DNA of 63,630 nt, the filler included, from Octopus bimaculoides (lineage: Eukaryota), in assembly GCF_001194135.2 (NCBI RefSeq). It is 5 parts of 3 records of this genome, joined end to end, with 100 filler letters (N's around TTAATTAATTAA, not from the genome) between each part and the next. Parts side by side here need not be neighbours in the genome. Positions count along the whole stretch, not along the records: positions 42,836 to 61,220 come from NC_068981.1; positions 61,321 to 63,630 come from NW_026365860.1; 3 more parts are not named here. One strand, given 5' to 3'. The notes below the pieces were generated by a model. The model was not told the DNA's origin. It saw nothing but the letters and a program-made list of their open reading frames with translations, and did no database searches. The stretch's first letter is position 1, and each line of letters opens with the position of its first letter. Shown one piece after another: positions 55,056 to 63,630 of this stretch. The translations under genes were made by a program, and so were the position numbers.

Positions 55056-56204
55056 TCATAATCATCATCATATTTTCTCTATATCTAGTTATGGTATTTA
55101 TCACCGCAGTTACAGAGATGCAATAAGATTGTCTTCCACTGCACACAGAGCTAAACAGTTTAATTTGCCTCCTAAAACAATAAACATTGAGCAGGAAATA
55201 TTTTAGTAAAACAAAGCTATAACAGTAAAGTTTATTTTTAAACTGGTATTCTGTCAGTTATGATGATGACTTGCAGTTGATCCGGGCAACGGAATAACCT
55301 GTTTGTGGAAGTAATGAAGTGGCTGAGCACTCCGCAGACACCCCATCCTCTTAACATAGTTGTCGGGGAGATTGTGTAGCACAGTGTGACAAGGCTGGCC
55401 CTTTGAATTATGGGTATGGCTCCTTTTTGCCAGCCAAGTGGACAGGTGCAACACGAGATGAAGGGTTTTCCTCAAGGGTACATTTCACTGCCAGGAATTG
55501 AACTTACAACTGTGAGCCAGACACTATAACCAATAAGCCACGCACCTTCACAATAACACTAGTTTATTATAGTGTTAATATAACACTGTGAGCTGGCAGA
55601 AACGTTAGCATGCCAGGCGAAATGCTTAGCAGTATTTCATCTGTTTTTACATTCTGAGTTCAAATTCTGCCGAGGTCAACTTTGCCTTTCATTCTTTTGG
55701 CGGGGTTGAGAAATTAAGTACCAGTTGTGTACTGAGGTCAATCTAATTGACTGCCCCATCCCCCCCAAAATTTCAGGCCTCGTGCCTAGAGTAGAAAAAG
55801 ATATAAATAAATAAAAGGACCACTACCAATTTTGTGGAAACCTCCTTTGACAAAAACTGACTTTCCTCTTCAACAGCTTAAACTGTTGACATGGACAATT
55901 TCAATCTTACTTGGGTGGCCTGTGAAGAAGCCCTTAGCATAGCCCCTTCCTCCCAAAATCCCCTTTGATATCGCATAAAAGCATACAAGACAATTTCATG
56001 AGTTGAGGTCATCTGGATTGTGCATGGGATTATAGGTGCAGGCATGGCTGTGTGGTAAGAAGTTTGCTACCCAACCACAGTTTTGAGTTCATTCCCATTG
56101 CATGGCATTTTGGACAAGTCTCTTCTCCTATAAACCTGGTCCAACTAAAGCCTTGTAAATGGAGAGAATCTAAAAGAACCTTATCATAGCTATATATAGT
56201 GTAA

Positions 56205-56855
56205 GTATCTTGAGAGAAAAGCTGAACATTAGAAGCATCAGTTGTGGCGTGCAAGAGAGACGATTGCGCTGGTATGGACATGTGGTGAGAATGGAGGAGG
56301 ATAGCTGCGTGAAAAAGTGCCACACCCTAACAGTTGAGGGAACCCGTGGAAGAGGTAGGCCCAGGAAGACCTGGGCTGAGGTGGTGAAGCAAGACCTTCG
56401 TACATTGGGCCTCACCGAGGCGATGACTACGGACCGAGACCTTTGGAAATGGGCTGTGCGTGAGAAGACCCGGCNNNNNNNNNNNNNNNNNNNNNNNNNN
56501 NNNNNNNNNNNNNNNNNNNNNNNNNNNNNNNNNNNNNNNNNNNNNNNNNNNNNNNNNNNNNNNNNNNNNNNNNNNNNNNNNNNNNNNNNNNNNNNNNNNN
56601 NNNNNNNNNNNNNNNNNNNNNNNNNNNNNTGGCACATAAAAGACACCATTTCGAGCGTGGCCGTTTTCGTGCGGGTGACACGTAAAAGCACCCACTACAC
56701 TCTCTGAGTGGTTGGCGTTAGGAAGGGCATCCAGCTGTAGAAACTCTGCCAAATCAGACTGGAGCCTGGTGTTGCCATCCGGTTTCACCAGTCCTCAGTG
56801 AAATCGTCCAACCCATGCTAGCATGGAAAGCGGACGTTAAACGATGATGATGATG
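56205..56855 (+). mobile_element. 5'-truncated RTE-clade LINE (ORF C-terminus plus 3'UTR, (ATG)n tail)
   Basis: RRLRWYGHVVRM..RGRGRPRKTW..DL..DRDLWK; gap 56475-56629. Confidence 0.9.
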
Positions 56856-57195
56856 GTGTGTGTGTGTGTGTGACTGTCTCCTTGTTTTGACTTTGTGTGA
56901 TAGTTGCAAATGAGTGTCACTATCCTGCAAGCATTGTCCTCCGTTTCCAACCTTCTGTGGAAACATGTCTGGTTATGGGGAAATATTACCTTGCTTGGAA
57001 ACGGGTGAGAGTTGGCAACAAATCTCATCCAGCTCATACAAACATGGATGTTAAGTGAAGACAATAATGATAATTATTCAGAGTAGCAATCAATTATCAC
57101 ATATATCCTTTTCTTCTCTAAATTTTGGTGCTTATCTCTCGCTTTCTAGATTGTATTGACTCTTTTGTTACTCTTTCTCTTCCTTCCTGAACAAA

Positions 57196-58470
57196 CATCA
57201 TCATCATCATCATCATCATCGTTTAACGTCCGCTTTCCATGCTAGCATGGGTTGGACGATTTGACTGAGGACTGGTGAAACCGGATGGCAACACCAGGCT
57301 CCAGTCTGATTTGGCAGAGTTTCTACAGCTGGATGCCCTTCCTAACGCCAACCACTCAGAGAGTGTAGTGGGTGCTTTTACGTGTCACCCGCACGAAAAC
57401 GGCCACGCTCGAAATGGTGTCTTTTATGTGCCNNNNNNNNNNNNNNNNNNNNNNNNNNNNNNNNNNNNNNNNNNNNNNNNNNNNNNNNNNNNNNNNNNNN
57501 NNNNNNNNNNNNNNNNNNNNNNNNNNNNNNNNNNNNNNNNNNNNNNNNNNNNNNNNNNNNNNNNNNNNNNNNNNNNNNNNNNNNNNNNNNNNNNNNNNNN
57601 NNNNNNNNNNNNNNNNNNNNNNNNNNNNNNNNNNNNNNNNNNNNNNNNNNNNNNNNNNNNNNNNNNNNNNNNNNNNNNNNNNNNNNNNNNNNNNNNNNNN
57701 NNNNNNNNNNNNNNNNNNNNNNNNNNNNNNNNNNNNNNNNNNNNNNNNNNNNNNNNNNNNNNNNNNNNNNNNNNNNNNNNNNNNNNNNNNNNNNNNNNNN
57801 NNNNNNNNNNNNNNNNNNNNNNNNNNNNNNNNNNNNNNNNNNNNNNNNNNNNNNNNNNNNNNNNNNNNNNNNNNNNNNNNNNNNNNNNNNNNNNNNNNNN
57901 NNNNNNNNNNNNNNNNNNNNNNNNNNNNNNNNNNNNNNNNNNNNNNNNNNNNNNNNNNNNNNNNNNNNNNNNNNNNNNNNNNNNNNNNNNNNNNNNNNNN
58001 NNNNNNNNNNNNNNNNNNNNNNNNNNNNNNNNNNNNNNNNNNNNNNNNNNNNNNNNNNNNNNNNNNNNNNNNNNNNNNNNNNNNNNNNNNNNNNNNNNNN
58101 NNNNNNNNNNACGCATGCGTCATACAGTCTGCCTTTTACTCTGAGTGAGAGTCCCTTTGTCGCCAGCAGGGGTAAGAGCTCTCTAAACTTTGCCCAGGCT
58201 ATTCTTATTCTAGCAGCTACACTTTCAGCGCACCCACCCCCACTACTAACTTGGTCGCCCAGATAGCGGAAGCTATCGACTACCTCTAGTTTTTCACCCT
58301 GGAATGAGATAGAAGTTGTTTCCTGTTTGTTTGCAGTCTTTATTGCACCTGAACATCTGCCACAAACAAAAACTAACTTGCTAGTTAACCTGCCTTTGAT
58401 GTTGCTGCACCTCTTATGTGTCCATAGCTTGCACCGGGTATAGCTTAGTTCGCATGAAACATTGTCTGAT
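57196..58470 (-). mobile_element. RTE-clade LINE copy with PHD-like insert and late RT motifs
   Basis: CKLWTHKRCS..FVCGRC; LEVVDSFRYLGD..IRIAWAKFRELLPLL..KGRLYDAC. 3'UTR nearly identical to 56630-56855. Confidence 0.9.
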
Positions 58471-59663
58471 ATATTCTTTTCTTTTACTTGTTTCAGTCGT
58501 TTGACTGTGGTCATGCTGGAGCACCGCCTTTAGTCGAACAAAGCGACTCCAGGACTTTGTAAGCCTAGTACTTATTCTATTGGTGTCTTTTGCTGAACTG
58601 CTAAGTTACAGGGATTTAAACACACCAACATTGGCTGTCAATCGATGATGAGGGTACAAACACACATGCATATATATATATATATAAGGTTGAGGAGGGT
58701 ATTGGATTTAACTAAACCCAAAAAGATACAGGTAATACCAAGTAAGTGCTGAGCTTCTTTCCCTTTCCATCTACCAAATCCACTCACAAGGCTATAGTAG
58801 AACCCAAGGTACCAGGCAGTGGGACTGAACCTGGAACTATGTGGTTGGGAAGCAAGCTTCTTACCCACAAAGCCATCCCTTCACCCATGTTTAATTTTTT
58901 TTTTATAAATCCTAAACAATGCAAGTTATAAGAATTAATACAGCTCAATGGTTTATACTTTTAACTTGTATTTCAATATTAGGATCCCTTCTTCAGAAAA
59001 TCTTCTGAGAAATGGTCTTGTAAAAAACATACAAACAATCAATCTGTATTATTTCCACACACACNNNNNNNNNNNNNNNNNNNNNNNNNNNNNNNNNNNN
59101 NNNNNNNNNNNNNNNNNNNNNNNNNNNNNNNNNNNNNNNNNNNNNNNNCACACACACACACACACACACACACGGTTTTTTAAAAAAAACAGATCTGACT
59201 GTGTGATAAGAAGATAACTTCCTAATCACATGGTTCTGGGTTCAGTCCTACTGTGTTGCACCTTGGGCAAATGTCGTCTACAAAAAGCCTCAGCTTCACT
59301 AAAACCTTATGAATGGATTTGGTAGATGGAAACTGAAAGAAGCCTGTCGTATATATATATATATATGTGTGGGTGTGTCTCTGTGTTTGCCCCCCACCAT
59401 CACTTCACAACTGGTGTTGGTGTTTAAAAGACCATAACTTAGCAGTTCAGTAGAAGGGAACAATAAAATAAGTGCCAGGTTTTATACAAAAGATAAATAC
59501 TAGAGTTGATTTGTTGGACTGGAAAAAAGAAATTCAAGGTGGTGCCGTAGTATGGCCAGAGTCTAATGACTGAAACGAGTAAAAGATAGAAAACATGCAT
59601 CTCCATTTGTCTGTCCATCCAATTTCCTACATTATGAAATAATTATTTTCTTTTCTCTCACAG

Positions 59664-59976
59664 AAAAAGCGTAACTTTTGAGCAAGTTCCGGTAGAAGAT
59701 GGCAATACAAATGAAGGTAAAAGTAATACGAAAAACGTATATGATGACTTCCAATATCTCAGATGTAAAAACAACGAAAACACGCAACATAATGACAACA
59801 GAATGCAGCAGACCAGTGTTGTTTATGAAACACCAACAATAGAAAAAGAACATGTCACACTCAGAGGAAACACTACAGATGAAGATGCAAATATTTATGG
59901 CAATACTCTGCAACACCAGAGGCTTGAAAGGCAACCCAAGAGCGAAATATATATGAACATGGATACCAATAGGTAG
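59664..59976 (+). CDS. Terminal coding exon: tyrosine-motif cytoplasmic tail (KSVTFEQVPVEDGNTNEGKSNTKNVYDDFQYLRCKNNENTQHNDNRMQQTSVVYETPTIEKEHVTLRGNTTDEDANIYGNTLQHQRLERQPKSEIYMNMDTNR*)
   Basis: Strong acceptor ttttcttttctctcacag|. The first base completes codon CA|A from the TM exon, so the phase matches. There are 103 open codons to TAG (59974-59976) with hydrophilic composition and recurrent V/I-Y motifs. Confidence 0.78.
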
Positions 59977-60197
59977 AAGAGGCTAGAGTAACTAGAAGAG
60001 GACTTGTACATATCTTAATCAAAAATGTCTACTGAATTTTCCCCTTGTCTGTATTCCATTTGTTTTAGCCATTACAGCTAAGGCCCATGTCAGGTCAGGC
60101 CAGAGCAGCAATCTTATATATATATATATATATTTATTCAAACTGAGATTTTAGCCTACATTTCAGTAATGGCCTAAAATATCAGTTTAAATATATG

Positions 60198-60668
60198 CAG
60201 GATGGGCCAAAAGTCACGCACCGAAACATTTGACATTTTATTCTTTTATTTGTTTGTCATTTTGACTGCAGCCATGCTGGAGCACCACTTTTAGTCCACC
60301 AAATCGCCCCCAGGACTTATTCTTTGTAAGCCTAGTACTTATTCTATCGGTCTCTTTTGCTGAACCGTTAAGTTACGGGGACGTAAACACACCAGCATCG
60401 GTTGTCAAGCGATGGTGGGAGGGGGGACAAACACACATATATACACATGATGGGCTTCTTTCAGTTTCCATCCACCAAATCCACTCACAAGGCTTTGGTC
60501 GGCCTGAGGCTATAGTAAACACTTGTGCAGTAGGACTGAACCTGGAACCATGTAGTTGGTAAGCAAACTACTTATCTCACAGCCACTCCTGTTCATTATT
60601 TTAGAAAAATTGAAGCTAGCCCTTAACAGTAAGTTTTAATCTTGGTGCCTGAATTTTGGTCCACCCTG
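60198..60668. mobile_element. Tc1/mariner-type MITE interrupted by a SINE
   Basis: caggatgggccaaaagtcacgcacc vs the reverse complement of ggtgcctgaattttggtccaccctg|ta. Confidence 0.6.
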
Positions 60669-61329
60669 TATATTTACAATATTTATAAACTGTTATGTGT
60701 GTTTACATGCATGGTTAAGTTCATTTTGCAACCATTTGGTTTTGAGTTCAGTCCCACTGCATGGCAGCTTAACCAAGTGTCTTTTACTTACAACCCTGGG
60801 CTGACCAATGCTTTGTTAATGAATTTAGTAAATGGAAACTGTGTGGTAGCCTGATATTATGTGTGTGAATGCATGTACATGTTTATCTTATTACTTGACA
60901 GTGTTGGTTTGTTTATGTCCCTGTAACTTGGCAATTTGGTAAAAAAAAAAAAAAATGAAAAAAACAAACAAAAATGTTGGGGCCGCTTTGATAGACTGAA
61001 ATCTGAGACAATGCTCCAGCATGGCCACAATCCAATGACTAAAAAAAAAAAAAATATATACACACAGACTCATTTATGTAGCACACTGTTGAATCATTAA
61101 GTCTTTTTTTTTTTTACATACTTTATGGTAAACAACATTGAATTTTCAACTGTTATTGAAGAAATCATTTTCAAAAATATTTTATTCAGTAAAAGATATT
61201 ATGGACTTGGCAGGTCAATTNNNNNNNNNNNNNNNNNNNNNNNNNNNNNNNNNNNNNNNNNNNNTTAATTAATTAANNNNNNNNNNNNNNNNNNNNNNNN
61301 NNNNNNNNNNNNNNNNNNNNTGTATAATT

Positions 61330-62203
61330 TCTGTTGTGGTGCAAGAAATCATATTAGCGTAACTGCTCGTGGCTTGTGTTACGAAGCTCATGTTTGATTC
61401 CAGCCAGTCAGCCAGCCAACTTTATTCTGGTTTTCTCCAGGTTTCCTATGAGTTGATCGCAGTGATAGTTTAGTACTATTCTTCAATACTACCTCGTCAA
61501 TCAATTTGTCACAAACATGTATGAGACTCGCACCGGAAGCTCCAATGCGAACATTTCAGTGTGTTTGGGTGTCAATCTGGAGACACTTCAATCTCAGGAC
61601 AAATATTGAGAGTGATAGAAATCAAACATCCAGTCAACATCATGGTATTTGGAATAATCACTAAGTGATGGCGACGTTATGCCTCCATTCATCTTTCTAG
61701 ACGACCTCTCACTCAACACGGAGGCCTACATCAAGTAGTGCTGCTCTGGGTGAAAAAGGTGGCTGCTGGAAGAGCCTATGTCTGGTAACAGAACTCTGCA
61801 CCATGCCACACAAACAGGAGAACGCAGTCATGTGTATCAGACGATTTCTGCGACCATATCATCCCTAACATCTGGCCACCTAACTCTCCAGACTGCAACC
61901 CACTTGATTATTATGTGTGGGGTGCAGTTGAGCAAGTGACCAACAAAACTCTTTGTAGCACCAAAGATGAACTGATGATAACATTCACCAGCTTAAACAA
62001 GGAGACCGTCCAGAAGAGTTTCAGGAGATTCCGAAGTCGTCTGGAGGCCGTGGTTGAAGCCAATGGCGATTTTATTGAATAAATTTACTCATTAGTATTC
62101 CAAGATAATTCTGCGTAATTTTAGTAAAAATATCTGTTAAAATGAGATGTCAGTGTTATATTAATTTTTCGTAATTTAGACAACAGTTTATTCACCGATC
62201 CCG
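61330..62203 (+). mobile_element. Tc1/mariner-superfamily DD37D (maT) relic
   Basis: HPVNIMVFG; VW*Q(N)SAPCH ... WPPNSPDCNPLDYYVWGAVE with 37 residues between the second and third catalytic positions. TIR-like ttattcaccgatcccg|ta at the end. Confidence 0.85.
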
Positions 62204-62387
62204 TATATGTGTGTANNNNNNNNNNNNNNNNNNNNNNNNNNNNNNNNNNNNNNNNNNNNNNNNNNNNNNNNNNNNNNNNNNNNNNNNNNNNNNNNNNNNN
62301 NNNNNNNNNNNNNNNNNNNNNNNNNNNNNNNNNNNNNNNNNNNNNNNNNNNNNNNNNNNNNNNNNNNNNNNNNNNNNNNNNNNNNNN

Positions 62388-62423
<36 letters not shown>

Positions 62424-63630
62424 GCACACAACACACAAACATACCATTCCTCTCAACCTTTGCCATTCATTAATTGAGAAGCAATAAGGCAAAATATCTT
62501 TCAGAAAGTGAGGCTCAGAAAAGAAGCTTCAGTGGATTTAGCAATATTATGGTTATGCTTCTAAGGAAGCTTAAGAGAAGTGATAAGGAAATACTTTAAA
62601 AATCTAACAAACAATATTAATCATTGACCACGATGTGTATTCCTTTTAAATCACTGAAAGAACATATATATATTTATGTGTGTGTGTGTGTATGTGTGTG
62701 TGTTTCTGTGCGCGTGAATGTATATGTCTGTACGTATATAAATCCATATTTATGGCGATTATTTGAAACTACATGTTTCAGTCAATACATTTTGTTTCAT
62801 GTATTCATGCGCAGATTGCACGAATAGCAATGACAATGATGACAATCTTGATGATGATGAGCATAATAATAATAATCCTTTCTACTATAGGCACAAGGCC
62901 TGGATTTTTCGCGGAGCGGGTTTGTCGATTATATCGAGCCCAGTGTTTCACTAGTACTTAATTTATCGACCCCGAAAATATGAAAGGCAAAGACGACCTC
63001 GGCAAGAATTTGAACTCAGAACGTAGCGAGGAGCGAAATACCACTAAGCATTTCCTCCATCGTGCTAAAGGCTGCCTTTTTTCTTTTTAAATCTTTTTAA
63101 AAATAGAATAATAATAATAATAATGATGATGATGATGATGATGATGATAATAATAATAATAATAATAATAATAGTAATAATCCTTTCTACTAAAGCACAA
63201 GATACTTATTTCATCGACCCGGAATGAATGAAAGGCAAGTCGAACTCGATGGAATTTGAACTCGAAACGTGAAGACGGACGAAATATCGCTAAGCACTTT
63301 GCCGGGCGTGCTAACAAATCTGTCTTCTCCATGGCGTTTTATACAAATAACTTTGATAGGCGGAATTAAAAGATTCCACGGACCACAGTACTTTACCGGC
63401 ACGTTATTTTATCGACGCTGACGTCATCATGATTTGAAACTGTTCGCGAACAGTAAACGGCAGAGAACATTAGATGCTTTCTTATAGTGTTAATAAATGC
63501 AAGGTTTATTGGATGCTATCGTTATTAGCCGCATGTGGAAAGAAGTGCTGAATAAATATATAACGGAAGTTCATTAAGCAACCAAATGGTTCTGATTTCG
63601 ATCCCGCAACGTCAGATACGACACATTAGA

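Noticed and set aside
59632-59934. 100-aa hydrophobic minus-strand ORF
   Set aside because: It is the antisense shadow of the + strand tail exon, which has splice and phase support.

Overview
Repeat-dominated, gap-rich animal genomic DNA. The SINE families, RTE LINEs and microsatellite load look like a coleoid cephalopod, probably Octopus (inferred from recall, not a search). Four synthetic TTAATTAATTAA/100-bp linkers mark scaffold joins. Most ORFs in the supplied track are microsatellite, gap or SINE read-throughs. Mobile DNA includes at least four tRNA-headed SINE families, four mariner relics, a DD37D (maT) relic, a decayed Ty3/Gypsy gag-pol, R4/Dong-like, RTE and Penelope-like relics, and several fold-back MITEs. 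The main result is a spliced + strand gene that the ORF track misses (exons 48957-49038, 54476-54560, 59664-59976, possibly more upstream). It encodes a small single-pass membrane protein with a ~106-aa tail carrying five tyrosines, including YMNM, YGN and YETP, which resembles transmembrane signalling adaptors. Also notable are a minimal hammerhead ribozyme (32571-32620), a Merlin-like MITE family carrying TTAGGG repeats, and a near-identical inverted RTE pair in the gene's last intron.
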